Shown: positions 26,729 to 36,982, numbered from the stretch's first letter. The stretch is DNA of 64,000 nt from an uncultured bacterium (GCA_903870275.1 CAIQCK010000101.1:13141-77140), one strand, 5' to 3'. The notes: a model not told the origin generated them from the letters alone. Program-made: numbers and translations.

Positions 26729-29173
26729 ATGCGACTCATTTTCATTGCCATCATTTTCGCCGCCCTGCTCTCGCCGTTGCGCGCCGCCGATTCGGACGAG
26801 GAACAATCCATCGCCGTCCTGCAATCGGACGCCACCTTGCAGCAGAAGGACGCCGCGTGCGCGCAACTCAAGCACATCGGCACCGTCCGCTCTGTGCCCG
26901 CGCTGGCCGCGCTGCTCGCCGACGAACAACTCTCCCACTCCGCCCGTTACGCGCTCGAATCCATGCCGCTGCCCGAAGCGGGCCGCGCGTTGATCGGCGC
27001 GCTGGACAAGACCGCCGGCCTGACCCGGGTTGGCATCATCACTTCGCTCGGCTACCGCCGCGAACTCGCTGCACTGCCGGCGCTGGCGAAACTGGTTTCC
27101 GACAACGACCCGCAGATCGCCTCGGCGGCAGCGGTGGCGCTGGGAAAAATCGGCGGTGCGGAGGCGGCGAACACCCTGAAGGCCGCCCGCGCCGGAGCAC
27201 CCGCCCCCGTCCAACCCTCCATCGCGGACGGCCTGCTCCGTTGCGCCGCGCATTTCCTCAAAAAGGGCGCAATGCATTCTCCGCACGCGCTCCCCGCCGA
27301 TGAGGACACCGCGGCGGCATCGGAAATCTACCAATCGCTTCTGCACTCCAAAGAGCCTCGCCTGCGCACCGCCGCCGCTCACGGCCTGATTGTCTCCAGC
27401 GGCAAGGACGCGGCCGCAACGGCGCAGAAGATGTTGCTGGGAGACGATCCCTTCTGCCGGATGGCCGCTTTGCAGTTGATCGCCCGGATTCCCGGAGAGG
27501 TCGCAACGAAACTTTTCGCCGAGTCGCTGCCCTCGCTCCCCGCCGATATCCAAGTCGCGGTGATTGAAGCCCTGCGACAACGCGGCGACGCGGCGGCCGT
27601 TCCCGCGCTCGTCCCGGCCACGAAGGCTTCGTCGGATGCGGTGCGCATTGCCGCCCTGCGCGCGCTGGGCGCGATTGGCGACGCTTCGGTCATTGCGCCG
27701 CTAGCCGAAACAGCCGCCGGCACAAAGGGCGGCGAGCAGGAAGCCGCGCGTGACGCGCTCGATCTGCTTCGCGGCAAGGGCATCTCCAAGGCCATGCTGG
27801 CCCATCTGACCAAGGCGGCGCCGGAAGTTCAGACAGAACTGATTCTGTCGTTGGGCCGGCGCAAAGAAACCTCCGCCGTTCCGACGTTGCTGAAGCTTGC
27901 CGGGTCTTCCAGCGAATCGCAGCGCGCCGCCTCGCTTCAGTCGCTCGCGCTGACGGCGGATGAAGGCGTGGTGAACGATCTCGTCGGGCTTCTGGTGAAG
28001 GCCGGCACCGATGGCGAACGCGACGCGATTGAGAAAACCCTGCTGACCATCTGCGTCCGCAGCAAACATAGCGAGGTCTGCGCCGCGTCCGTGCTGAAGT
28101 CCGAGAAAACCGCTGCCGTTCCGGTGCGTTGCGCCTTGCTCAGAGTTCTCGGTCGCGTCGCCGGCAACGAATCGCTCCAGGAACTTCGCACCGCCACCCG
28201 CGACAGCGATCCCGCCATTCAAGACGCCGCCATCCGCTCGCTCGCCGATGCCGGACGGCTCGACGCCATGCCGGACCTGCTCGCGCTGGCGAAAGACGCG
28301 CCCACCCTGCCCCATCGCGTCCTCGCGCTCCGCGGTTACTGGCACGCCGTCTCGCTCGCCGACAAATGCGCCGCCGCCGAGCGCCTGAAAATGTGCGAGA
28401 CGGGCCTGGCGGCTTCACCGCGCCCCGACGAAAAGCGGCTCGGTCTCACGGAACTGGCGAAAATCCCGGACGTTGGTGCGTTCAAGCTGGCCGAGCCGTT
28501 TCTCGCCGACGCCGCCGTACGCGCCGAAGCCGCGTCCGCCATCGTGCAGATCGCGCTAGAAACCTCCGGCGCGCACCGCAGCGCCGCCAAAGCCGAACTG
28601 ACCCATCTTCTTGCCACCGCGCCCGACGACGCTACCCGCAAAGCTGCGGAAGCGGCGCTGGATCAACTTGAGCCGGCCGCCGGCTACATCACCGCGTGGC
28701 AGGTGGCCGGTCCCTACGCGCAAGAGGGCAAGAACTACCGCGCTCTTTTCGATATCCTCTTCCCGCCGGAAACGCCCGACGCGGCGCAGGTGAAATGGCG
28801 CACGTTGCCGGCCGGCACCAGCGCCGGCACACCGTGGCTGCTCGACCTGCTCAAGTTCCTCGGCGGCCAACAATGCGTGGCCTACGCGCGCACCAACGTC
28901 TACTCCGACAAACCACAAGCCGCGCGCCTCGACCTCGGCTCCGACGACGGCGTGAAAGTCTGGCTGAACGGCGAGGTGATCCACGCCAACAACACCGCGC
29001 GTCCCCTGAAGCCGGGATCGGACAAGGTCGCCATCAAGCTCAAGCAAGGCTGGAACGCGCTCCTGTTGAAAATCACCCAGAACAACCTGGGCTGGGAATT
29101 TTCCGCCCGCATCGTCAAACCCGACGGCACGCCGCTCTTCGGCCTCCGCGCCGACACCTCTCCGGTTCATTAA
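26729..29173 (+). CDS. HEAT/PBS-lyase repeat protein with C-terminal beta-sandwich (lectin/PA14-like) domain, secreted
   Basis: Signal peptide MRLIFIAIIFAALLSPLRA. About 600 aa of HEAT-like repeats (..ALG.IG..A...L..LL.D.D..VR..A..AL..). C-terminal about 160-aa beta-sandwich (..VKVWLNGEVIH..). Starts 11 nt after the Gfo/Idh/MocA stop, an operon arrangement common in PVC genomes. Confidence 0.7.
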   Translation: MRLIFIAIIFAALLSPLRAADSDEEQSIAVLQSDATLQQKDAACAQLKHIGTVRSVPALAALLADEQLSHSARYALESMPLPEAGRALIGALDKTAGLTRVGIITSLGYRRELAALPALAKLVSDNDPQIASAAAVALGKIGGAEAANTLKAARAGAPAPVQPSIADGLLRCAAHFLKKGAMHSPHALPADEDTAAASEIYQSLLHSKEPRLRTAAAHGLIVSSGKDAAATAQKMLLGDDPFCRMAALQLIARIPGEVATKLFAESLPSLPADIQVAVIEALRQRGDAAAVPALVPATKASSDAVRIAALRALGAIGDASVIAPLAETAAGTKGGEQEAARDALDLLRGKGISKAMLAHLTKAAPEVQTELILSLGRRKETSAVPTLLKLAGSSSESQRAASLQSLALTADEGVVNDLVGLLVKAGTDGERDAIEKTLLTICVRSKHSEVCAASVLKSEKTAAVPVRCALLRVLGRVAGNESLQELRTATRDSDPAIQDAAIRSLADAGRLDAMPDLLALAKDAPTLPHRVLALRGYWHAVSLADKCAAAERLKMCETGLAASPRPDEKRLGLTELAKIPDVGAFKLAEPFLADAAVRAEAASAIVQIALETSGAHRSAAKAELTHLLATAPDDATRKAAEAALDQLEPAAGYITAWQVAGPYAQEGKNYRALFDILFPPETPDAAQVKWRTLPAGTSAGTPWLLDLLKFLGGQQCVAYARTNVYSDKPQAARLDLGSDDGVKVWLNGEVIHANNTARPLKPGSDKVAIKLKQGWNALLLKITQNNLGWEFSARIVKPDGTPLFGLRADTSPVH

Positions 29174-29559
29174 CTCACGCCATCCGTCCTCAATGGAGCC
29201 GGAGCGGACTCTTCACCGCACCATGCCGCGCCGCACCCATGGACGCAGCCGCCGACGCTTGCCACGTGTGACGTGGTAAGGAGAACTCCGCTAGCTCGGC
29301 GTTGACGTGTCCGGGCCATAAACCCGTCGGAAGGGTCCCGGAGAGCCCCGGCCTCCAATGCTTGGACGCGCATCGCGACCATGAACTGGCATGATCCCTC
29401 GCGATTCCAAAGCGGCAGAGGACTGCCGCAGTCCAAGAGGCTTGCGCCCATGTGTGAGGGGCTGTCCGCAACGCGGCAGCGCCGTCGCACTGCGTCATTA
29501 AGGTCTTGGGCACTAGGTCCTCGGCGACACCGCTGAGAGCGAATGCGTCGAAGAGGGCG

Positions 29560-31250
29560 TGAATGATGGCGAGTTGAAGTTTCCTGGTTTTTGGTTATGC
29601 CGGTCACGCCCGCCGAACTCGCTCTCGGTTTGACCAACGTGGGTCTTTACAGTTGTTAGCCTCGTCGAACTTAGGTTCGACAAGCTCCTTCCCCCACAGC
29701 TTGCCGCCGGCACGCTGTGGATTGTTCCGAAAATGGCGATTGCGGTCCCGAAAGTAGCGGTTAATAGCCTCCTTGCACTCTTCGACTGACTGGTAATCAC
29801 TGTTGTGAAGTATCGCCTTCGCCATGCCACTGAAAACGGATTCGATCACATTCAGAAACTGTGCGCCCGCAGGAAGCGGGGCCAGTCTAACGAATGGCCC
29901 ATGCAGATCTCGGCGAAACTCGCGGCTGTTTACGAAATGAACCCTCTCAAGAAACTGATGCGAAGCGTGCCAAGACGCAGCGTCCCAAGAGAAATAGATG
30001 AACTTTGCCGCACGATACTTCCGCACAAGCAGATTCAGCAACTTGATCATCTCGGTTGTGTCCTTCTTTCGTGAGTAGAAATGCGTGGCTTGATTACGTG
30101 ATAACTCGAGTGCAGCCGTGACGATCAAACTGCCTTTATTCTTTTGGAGTTGTGGGACCACTCGCACTTGCCCTCTGGGGACGAATGACTTTCCGCCAGT
30201 CATCTTGACAGCAAATGGTCCGAACTCATCCACGGAGAAGAATCTGTCTTTTGTTCCCAAGTGTGAGAGTATGCGCGTAATCTTCCGAACTTTTTCAGAG
30301 TATTGCGGATCCGCGCTAGTCAGCACTTTCTTTGCCTTTCGCATCCGCCAACCTGCGTTCCTGATTATTCTGCTGATGCAGGCTTTCCCAACATGAAGCC
30401 CCTGTTTGCCCATGATGCACTTGATGTCCTGCAATCGCCAAGTCGTCCGGTTAACTCCAAAGGCGCGTGGCGGTGCATGGAGTATCGAGAAGACGGCCTG
30501 TTTGTATTCAGGGACATCGCACTTCGCGTATGCACGGCTAACAGGGTTTACGGCAGCTTCGCACCCTTTGGCAGCAAGTTGGGATATGTGAGCATCAACA
30601 GCGGAATGACCGAGGTGCAGGAATCTCGAAATGACCGAGACCGGAATTCCTTTCAGATGAGCAAGAATCGAAACCGCACGGTTCCTGAAACGCAAGCCCT
30701 TGTCTCTAATGCAACTCAGGATAAGACCGATCTCGCGCGGCGTCAGATGCTTCGCAAACAACAGAGCAAGTTGCTCGACAGTGAAGCTACCCTGAAGCAA
30801 GGAGAGCATCCACTCGCGACTTTTCTGCTCCCGGTCTGCGCGCGGGTTTACAGCTCTAATTGGTCGTTTACAATCTGGATAGATGCCATCTTCGTCACCC
30901 CGCCTTCGCATTCCTGACGCGCTTTCTAATGAACGTATCGACTGCTCCGCAAGCGACTGTGCATCGCTTGGGCATCGGCGTAGAGGCCGGAAACTTGCTG
31001 CTGCTTTGTCGAGCAACGCCTTCTTCCACCTGTAGAACACGTTCTGATGAATCCCGTAGCCTAAGCACAATAAGCGAACAGGAATCTTCTCCTCAAAGTG
31101 CATTCGGAGGAGCCTGACCTTTTCATCGGCGTTGAAGTGCCTTCGTTTTCTCGGCATGCGTGCTTAACATTGTTTCATTTCGCAGGCTGCGCCAGTGAAT
31201 TGTCAGTGGCGAGCCGGGACTCGAAACCTTCTCCCGCTAACCGCATCCAC
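29560..31250 (-). mobile_element. IS630-family insertion sequence (boundaries approximate)
   Basis: Single 517-aa transposase ORF with noticeably lower GC than its flanks. Terminal inverted repeats could not be resolved by eye, so the ends are estimated from the ORF ends plus typical 50-100 bp flanks. Confidence 0.55.
29604..31157 (-). CDS. IS630/Tc1-mariner family transposase (HTH + DDE_3)
   Basis: N-terminal HTH region (RRHFNADEKVRLLRMH...). DDE_3-like core (..FSVDEFG.., ..FSWDAASWH.., ..LPAGAQFLNVIESVF.. corresponding to the LPPYSPDLNPIE motif). Confidence 0.75.
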   Translation of the reverse strand: MPRKRRHFNADEKVRLLRMHFEEKIPVRLLCLGYGIHQNVFYRWKKALLDKAAASFRPLRRCPSDAQSLAEQSIRSLESASGMRRRGDEDGIYPDCKRPIRAVNPRADREQKSREWMLSLLQGSFTVEQLALLFAKHLTPREIGLILSCIRDKGLRFRNRAVSILAHLKGIPVSVISRFLHLGHSAVDAHISQLAAKGCEAAVNPVSRAYAKCDVPEYKQAVFSILHAPPRAFGVNRTTWRLQDIKCIMGKQGLHVGKACISRIIRNAGWRMRKAKKVLTSADPQYSEKVRKITRILSHLGTKDRFFSVDEFGPFAVKMTGGKSFVPRGQVRVVPQLQKNKGSLIVTAALELSRNQATHFYSRKKDTTEMIKLLNLLVRKYRAAKFIYFSWDAASWHASHQFLERVHFVNSREFRRDLHGPFVRLAPLPAGAQFLNVIESVFSGMAKAILHNSDYQSVEECKEAINRYFRDRNRHFRNNPQRAGGKLWGKELVEPKFDEANNCKDPRWSNRERVRRA

Positions 31251-31276
31251 ACGAACGCGATTCTTGTCCATTTACC
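31250..31276 (+). promoter_or_regulatory. shared upstream motif GAACGCGATTCTTGTYYATTTAC (copy 1, imperfect palindrome ACGAAC-N5-TTCTTG)
   Basis: About 40 nt upstream of the GH gene ATG at 31307. 21 of 23 positions identical to the copy at 35385-35410. Confidence 0.45.
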
Positions 31277-31306
31277 GCGAGACGTGACACGAGCATACTG
31301 GCAGAC

Positions 31307-33415
31307 ATGAAGGCACTTGCAATTATCCGACTCGGTTGCGCGTGTTTGGTTGGCGGTGCGATTGGAGCAGCGGCGGACGAGATTGTGTTGTTCGATGCCG
31401 CTACGACGCCGATGGCCGCGGTCGCGTCGCAGTCGGGCGGGAAGATCGAGTTGCGAGACGGGCTGCTGGAAGTCGAGACGAAGGGCGGGACGGGCTATCC
31501 GGGGATTCGTGTCAAGGGCGTGTGGGATTTGTCGAAGTGCAACCGGCTGACGCTGGAGCTGGCCCTTCGCGATCGCAAGGGCGAACTGCCGCTCACGATC
31601 CGGCTCGACAATCCGGATGCGAATCCCGGCAAATCAGAAGGCGTGTTTGTGGATCGCGTGAAGATCCGTGGCAAGAAGCCGGCGAGCTACGAAGTAGCGC
31701 TCCCGCCGCCGCTGCCCTACGGGCGCGAAATCAACAGCAAACTCACCGGCATGAAGCGCGGGCCGTTGGCGACGACGGGTGTGGCGGCCGATCTGGATGC
31801 GTCGAAGGTGGTCGGCGTGGCGGTCTATATCAACGAGCCGAAGCTGGACTGGCTCTGGAGTGTGAAGCGCATCGTCGCGCACACCGGGCCGTCGCCAGAC
31901 GTGGCGGCATGGATGCGGCTGCCGCCGGAAACGTTTTTCCCGTTCATTGACGTGTATGGCCAGTTCAAACACAAGGAGTGGCCCGGCAAGACGCACTCGG
32001 ACAACGACCTGAAAAAGGCACTGGAGACCGAGCGCGCCGACCTCGCCGCGCATTCCGGCCCCGACGGGTGGAACCCATACGGCGGTTGGGCCAAGGGGCC
32101 GCGGCAAAAAGCGACCGGCCGGTTCCGCGTCGAGAAGATCAACGGCAGGTGGTGGATGGTGGATCCCGAAGGCTGCCTCTGGTGGTCGCACGGGCCGGTG
32201 CGCGTCACCTCCTCGTCGGCGGTGACGCCGCTGGACGGGCGCGAGCTTTACTTCACCGATCTGCCCAAGCCGGACTCGCCGTTCGCGCTCTTCTATACGA
32301 CGCGCGACGCGCTGCTCTGGCCGTATTACGAGGCGCGCGGCATCCAGCGGACGTATGATTTTTCCTCGGCCAACGCCTACCGCAAGTATGGCGCGGACTG
32401 GCGCGCGCGCTACGCCGACATGGCGCACCAACGGCTGCGGAGCTGGGGCATGAACACCATCGCGAACAGTTCCGACAAGGGCATCTGCCTGCAGCGGCGC
32501 ACGCCCTACTGTGACCGCTTCGAGTTGAAATCGCCGGACATCGAGGGCGCGCATCTCGGCTGGTGGAAGTTCAAAGACCCGTTCCACCCCGAATTCCGCG
32601 CCAACTTCCGGCGGCAGCTCGCGCAGCGAAAAGAGGAACTCGATGACCCGTGGTGTTTCGGGTTTTTCGTGGACAATGAGATCAGTTGGGGCGGCGAGAC
32701 CGCGCTGGCGGACTGGACATTGCAATCGCCCGCCACCCAGCCGGCGAAGATCGAGATGATTCGCCGGCTCAAGGAGAAATACGCCGCCATCGCCCAACTC
32801 AACGCGGCATGGAAAACCAACTACACCGACTGGGACGCGTTGCTCCAATCGCAGCAGAAGCCACCGCCCGATGCGAAAGACGACTGCGCTGCATTCACCG
32901 CGGTCGTGACCGAGGCATACTTCAAGAACATCCGCGACGAATTCAAGGCTGTCGCTCCCAACACGCTCTATCTCGGTTGTCGCTTCGCCGGCTCGACCAA
33001 GGCCGCCGTCCAGATCGCGGCCAAATACTGCGACGTCATCAGCTACAACCTCTACCGGCACACGCTGGATGATTTCAAACTGCCGGAGGGCGTGGACAAG
33101 CCGGTTATGATTGGCGAGTTCCATTTCGGCGCGCTCGACCGCGGCATGTTTCATCCGAGCCTGATCGAGGTCGCCGACCAGGCCGCGCGCGGCAAAGCTT
33201 ACGCGACCTACATCGCTTCCGCGCTGCGCCACCCGAACATCGTCGGCGCGCACTGGCATCAATTCGGCGAGCAGCCGACCACCGGCCGCTTCGACGGTGA
33301 GAATCTTCAGAACGGCCTGCTCGATGTGTGCGACACGCCCTACCCCGAAACCATCGCCGGCATCCGCGACGTCGGCTATCGCCTTTACGAAATCCGCAAC
33401 GAAGGAGTGAGATAA
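31307..33415 (+). CDS. secreted glycoside hydrolase (N-terminal CBM-like beta-sandwich + TIM-barrel; GH42/GH50-like)
   Basis: Signal peptide. About 200-aa N-terminal beta-sandwich. TIM-barrel region with ..GMNTIANS.., ..GFFVDNEISW.., ..MIGEFHFG.. and ..HWHQFGEQPTTGR.. typical of clan GH-A hydrolases. Exact family unresolved. Confidence 0.6.
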   Translation: MKALAIIRLGCACLVGGAIGAAADEIVLFDAATTPMAAVASQSGGKIELRDGLLEVETKGGTGYPGIRVKGVWDLSKCNRLTLELALRDRKGELPLTIRLDNPDANPGKSEGVFVDRVKIRGKKPASYEVALPPPLPYGREINSKLTGMKRGPLATTGVAADLDASKVVGVAVYINEPKLDWLWSVKRIVAHTGPSPDVAAWMRLPPETFFPFIDVYGQFKHKEWPGKTHSDNDLKKALETERADLAAHSGPDGWNPYGGWAKGPRQKATGRFRVEKINGRWWMVDPEGCLWWSHGPVRVTSSSAVTPLDGRELYFTDLPKPDSPFALFYTTRDALLWPYYEARGIQRTYDFSSANAYRKYGADWRARYADMAHQRLRSWGMNTIANSSDKGICLQRRTPYCDRFELKSPDIEGAHLGWWKFKDPFHPEFRANFRRQLAQRKEELDDPWCFGFFVDNEISWGGETALADWTLQSPATQPAKIEMIRRLKEKYAAIAQLNAAWKTNYTDWDALLQSQQKPPPDAKDDCAAFTAVVTEAYFKNIRDEFKAVAPNTLYLGCRFAGSTKAAVQIAAKYCDVISYNLYRHTLDDFKLPEGVDKPVMIGEFHFGALDRGMFHPSLIEVADQAARGKAYATYIASALRHPNIVGAHWHQFGEQPTTGRFDGENLQNGLLDVCDTPYPETIAGIRDVGYRLYEIRNEGVR

Positions 33416-33417
33416 AC

Positions 33418-35331
33418 ATGAACCGCCGCGCAATCTCCACCCTGACGGCGGCGCTGCTGCTGGCCATTGGAGCTTTGGCACAGGAACCCAAACCGCCGGT
33501 CTTCGCCTATCGCTCGTTCTGGCCGGAGTTCGAGGCGATGAAGCAGTTCAAGGACGCGGGCGTGAACACCGTCTGCATCTTCGCCGCCAACACCTACAAC
33601 TCGCTCGGCCAGCCTTACTGCAAATACCCGCCCGTGTGGCGCTGGTTTCGAAAGTATGACTTCGCGTCGCTGGACAAACAATATGACGATGTCCTCGCGA
33701 TCAATCCGAAGGCGGATTTTCTCTGCATGATAGACCTGAACACGCCGATCTGGCTCAAGCACCAGATGGCGTTGCGCGGACAGCCGGATTGCGACAGCTT
33801 CACCATGCTGAGCTGTGCTTGCGCCAGCCGCGAATGGCGCAAAACAACCGGCGAGTATCTGGAGGCGGTGGTCAAGCACATGGAGGCGCGTTATGGCGAC
33901 CGCGTGAAAGCCTACGTGCTCGCCTGCGGCCAGACCGACGAGTGGATGGATTACAGCCGTGGCATGGCCGGCCGGGCAAAAACCCAGGCGTGGAAAACAT
34001 GGCTCAAAGACCACGGCAGGGCCGACGTGGCCGTGCCCACGCTGGAGCGACTGGATCACGCGTCATTCGAGGACTTGATTCGCGATCCGGCCACCGAGCG
34101 GGACGTGGTGGATTACGCGCAGTTCACCGGCGACATCGTTGCGGACACCGTGCTGGAGTTTGCGAAGAAGACCCGTTCGCTGATTCCAAGGCAACGACAG
34201 ATCGGAATGTTTTTCGGCTACATCCTGGAGTTGACCCGCACGCGTCTGGTTTGGGCAGGCCATCTGGAATACGAACGGCTTTACAGCTCGCCGGACATTG
34301 ATTTCTTCATCAGCCCGGGAACCTACAGCGATCGGCCGATGGGCGGCGGCAGCGGCTTCATGGTGCCGAACGCAACGCGGCTGCTGAATCATAAAGGCTT
34401 CCTCCACGAGATGGATCACCGCACGCCGACGTATAATGTCCACCTCGACGAGTTCGTCTCCATTGCGTGGATGGTGCCGTGGAAAAATCAGGCGGAAACC
34501 GACGCCGGCCTGAAGCGGGAGTTTGCCCTCGCGATCACCGCACAGAGTTCGCTGTGGTGTTTCGACATGTGGGGCGGGGTTTTTAAGACGCCGGAAACGA
34601 TGCAATGCGTCAAGCAAGCCAAGACGCTGTGGGATCGTTTCACCGCGCAGCCGCTCAAGACCCGCGCCGAGGTCGCGCTGGTGGTGGACCCGCAAAGCGC
34701 GCGCTACGTCAACGACCAGAACGCCACGGTGGCGCAGATCTACCAGAACACGCGCAACACGCTCAATCGCTTGGGCGCGCCGTTCGAGGTTTTCTCCTTC
34801 AACGACCTGTCGCGCGCCGACCTGTCTCAATACCGGCTGTTTATTTTTCCCGGACTCTTCGAGCTGACGCCCGAGAAAATGGAGGTGCTCAAAAATCACG
34901 TTCTCAAAAACAATCGCACGGTGATGTTCCTCTACGCGCCCGGCATCTGCGACGGCAAGACCCTCGATCCGGCGCGGGTGAAAGCGCTGACCGGCACCGC
35001 GTTCAAGACGCCGGGCCTCAGCACGGTGCCGCGCGATGGTTGGAAGGCCGTTTATGCCGCCGGCTACGCGGACTTGACGGCGGAGACCTTGAGAAAAGCG
35101 GCTGTCGAAGCGGGCGTCACGATCTACTGTCAGGACGCCGTTCCGGTTTACGCCAACGAACGCCTCGTGGCGATTCACACGGCGCAAGGAGGTGAGAAGA
35201 CCATCACGCTGCCGGTTGACTGCCGGCAGGTTCGCGAGCTTTACACCGGCCGTCTTGTGCCCGTGACAGCACGCCAGTTCCGTTACTCATTTGAGACGCC
35301 GGACACGGCACTGTTCGAACTGATTTGGTAA
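33418..35331 (+). CDS. secreted glycoside-hydrolase-like protein (TIM-barrel + beta-galactosidase-trimerisation-like domain)
   Basis: Starts 3 nt after the previous stop with a GGAG RBS. Signal peptide MNRRAISTLTAALLLAIGALA. Resembles the GH42-like/DUF4832-type two-domain architecture. The ORF extends back to 33328. Confidence 0.5.
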   Translation: MNRRAISTLTAALLLAIGALAQEPKPPVFAYRSFWPEFEAMKQFKDAGVNTVCIFAANTYNSLGQPYCKYPPVWRWFRKYDFASLDKQYDDVLAINPKADFLCMIDLNTPIWLKHQMALRGQPDCDSFTMLSCACASREWRKTTGEYLEAVVKHMEARYGDRVKAYVLACGQTDEWMDYSRGMAGRAKTQAWKTWLKDHGRADVAVPTLERLDHASFEDLIRDPATERDVVDYAQFTGDIVADTVLEFAKKTRSLIPRQRQIGMFFGYILELTRTRLVWAGHLEYERLYSSPDIDFFISPGTYSDRPMGGGSGFMVPNATRLLNHKGFLHEMDHRTPTYNVHLDEFVSIAWMVPWKNQAETDAGLKREFALAITAQSSLWCFDMWGGVFKTPETMQCVKQAKTLWDRFTAQPLKTRAEVALVVDPQSARYVNDQNATVAQIYQNTRNTLNRLGAPFEVFSFNDLSRADLSQYRLFIFPGLFELTPEKMEVLKNHVLKNNRTVMFLYAPGICDGKTLDPARVKALTGTAFKTPGLSTVPRDGWKAVYAAGYADLTAETLRKAAVEAGVTIYCQDAVPVYANERLVAIHTAQGGEKTITLPVDCRQVRELYTGRLVPVTARQFRYSFETPDTALFELIW

Positions 35332-35384
35332 AGTGGGGCGGGCATTTCAACCAGATCGTGCCCTCAAGACCGATACCGCACTCG

Positions 35385-35442
35385 CAAGAACGCGATTCTT
35401 GTTTATTTACGACGGCCTTCGGGCGGCGCATAATGCCGCCCG
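35385..35442 (+). promoter_or_regulatory. shared upstream motif copy 2 (perfect palindrome CAAGAA-cgcga-TTCTTG) plus 5'-UTR hairpin
   Basis: caagaacgcgattcttg (35385-35401), tttatttac, then GGGCGGC-gcataat-GCCGCCC hairpin (35420-35442). ATG of the ceramidase-like gene is at 35467. Confidence 0.45.
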
Positions 35443-35466
35443 TGCAGTCTGAAGAACATTGAAGCC

Positions 35467-36876
35467 ATGTCACGGAGCACGATCATGCCCACACTCGCCA
35501 CTCGCCGAAGTTTTCTTTGCCACCTCGTCATCGTCGCATCGAGCTTGTCGCTCGCCCACGGCGCAGCCGCCGGCGACGGCGGACTGAAGCTCGCCACGTT
35601 CGACGTGGACGCCACGCCGCCGGTTGGCTCGATGCTAGCTTACGATCCCGTCATCCGCGTGGACGAACTGACGCTGCGATGCCGTGGTGTCGTCTTGATC
35701 GGCGCGGGCGAGCCGATTGTGTTGTGCGCGGTGGATTGGATCGGCATCGCCAACGAAGCCCACGACGCTTTCTGCGAGGCGCTGGCCAGGGCCGCGCACA
35801 CGACGCCGCAGCGCGTCGCCGTCCACGTGGTGCACCAGCACGACGCGCCGGGATGCGATTTCACCGCGGAAGCTCTGTTGAAAAAAGCGGGTGTAAGCGA
35901 CCTCGGCCGCTACGAAAGCGCCTTTGCGCGCAAAGTGATCAGCCGCGCCGCGGAAGCGGTGCGGGTTTCCCTCACGAAGGCGCAGCCCGTCACCTACTGC
36001 GGCTGGGGCGAAGCCAACGTGAAGGAAGTGGCGTCGAACCGCCGCATCCCCGGCCCGGACGGCCGCATCCGCGCCACGCGCTGGACCACTTGCAAGGACC
36101 CGAAATTGCGCGCGGAGCCGGAAGGCGTGATTGACCCGCGTGTGTCGCTGCTGAGTTTTTGGAACGACGACGAACCGGTCGCCGTCCTGAGCTACTACGC
36201 CTGTCATCCGCAAAGCTACTACCGCATGGGCATTCCCAGCCCGGATTTTCCCGGCATCGCGCGTTTCTTCCGCCAACAAGACGTGCCGGAGGCGTTGCAC
36301 GTACATTTCAACGGCGCCGGGGGAAATATCACCGCGGGCAAATACAACGACGGCGCGCGGGAGAACCGCGTGGCGCTCGCGCTGCGGCTGGCCAACGGCA
36401 TGAGGCGCGCGTGGGAAGCGACGCGGGTCTTTCCCATCAACGCAACGAACATCCAGTGGCGCGTGGAGCCTGCGGCCCTGCCGCCTGCGGCTCATCTCGA
36501 CGAGGCAAAGCTGCGTGCCGACCTGACTCAGCAAAAGAATCCCAAGCTCGCCTTGGACGCCGCCGACCAGCTCGCGTGGCTGTTGCGTTGCCAGAGCGGG
36601 CACAAGATAGACATCGCGATGCTGGGCGTCGGCGACGTGCGAGTACTGCACATGCCAGGCGAGCTGTTCGTCGAATATCAACTTGCCGCCAAGCAGATGC
36701 GTCCCGATCTTCACGTCGCAATGGCCGCCTATGGCGAATACGGCCCCGGCTACATCGGCACGGCACGCGCCTACCCCGAAGGCGGCTACGAAACCAGCAA
36801 GCTGGCGTCCGGTGTCACGCCAGAGGTGGAGTCGGTATTGATGACCTCCATGCGGAAGCTGCTGGAGCCGCGATGA
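35467..36876 (+). CDS. neutral/alkaline ceramidase-like hydrolase (paralog 1), Tat/Sec-exported
   Basis: [24 protein letters not shown] leader. Ceramidase N-terminal-domain signature VHQHDAPG (GxHxHSGP-like) and overall similarity to 57589..59049. Confidence 0.55.
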   Translation: MSRSTIMPTLATRRSFLCHLVIVASSLSLAHGAAAGDGGLKLATFDVDATPPVGSMLAYDPVIRVDELTLRCRGVVLIGAGEPIVLCAVDWIGIANEAHDAFCEALARAAHTTPQRVAVHVVHQHDAPGCDFTAEALLKKAGVSDLGRYESAFARKVISRAAEAVRVSLTKAQPVTYCGWGEANVKEVASNRRIPGPDGRIRATRWTTCKDPKLRAEPEGVIDPRVSLLSFWNDDEPVAVLSYYACHPQSYYRMGIPSPDFPGIARFFRQQDVPEALHVHFNGAGGNITAGKYNDGARENRVALALRLANGMRRAWEATRVFPINATNIQWRVEPAALPPAAHLDEAKLRADLTQQKNPKLALDAADQLAWLLRCQSGHKIDIAMLGVGDVRVLHMPGELFVEYQLAAKQMRPDLHVAMAAYGEYGPGYIGTARAYPEGGYETSKLASGVTPEVESVLMTSMRKLLEPR

Positions 36877-36982
36877 TGCTTTGAATCGCGTGAGAAACTT
36901 TCCCTTGGAATCGCTTGTTTCAAAACAACGGGCCGGTAGAATCCCGCCGTTCACGTCTCTTCATCTACGAGCTTGAGAAACC

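Noticed and set aside
29170-29637. 155-aa minus-strand ORF overlapping the HEAT gene stop and the IS630 left flank
   Set aside because: No motif or RBS. Probably host intergenic or disrupted sequence next to the IS insertion.
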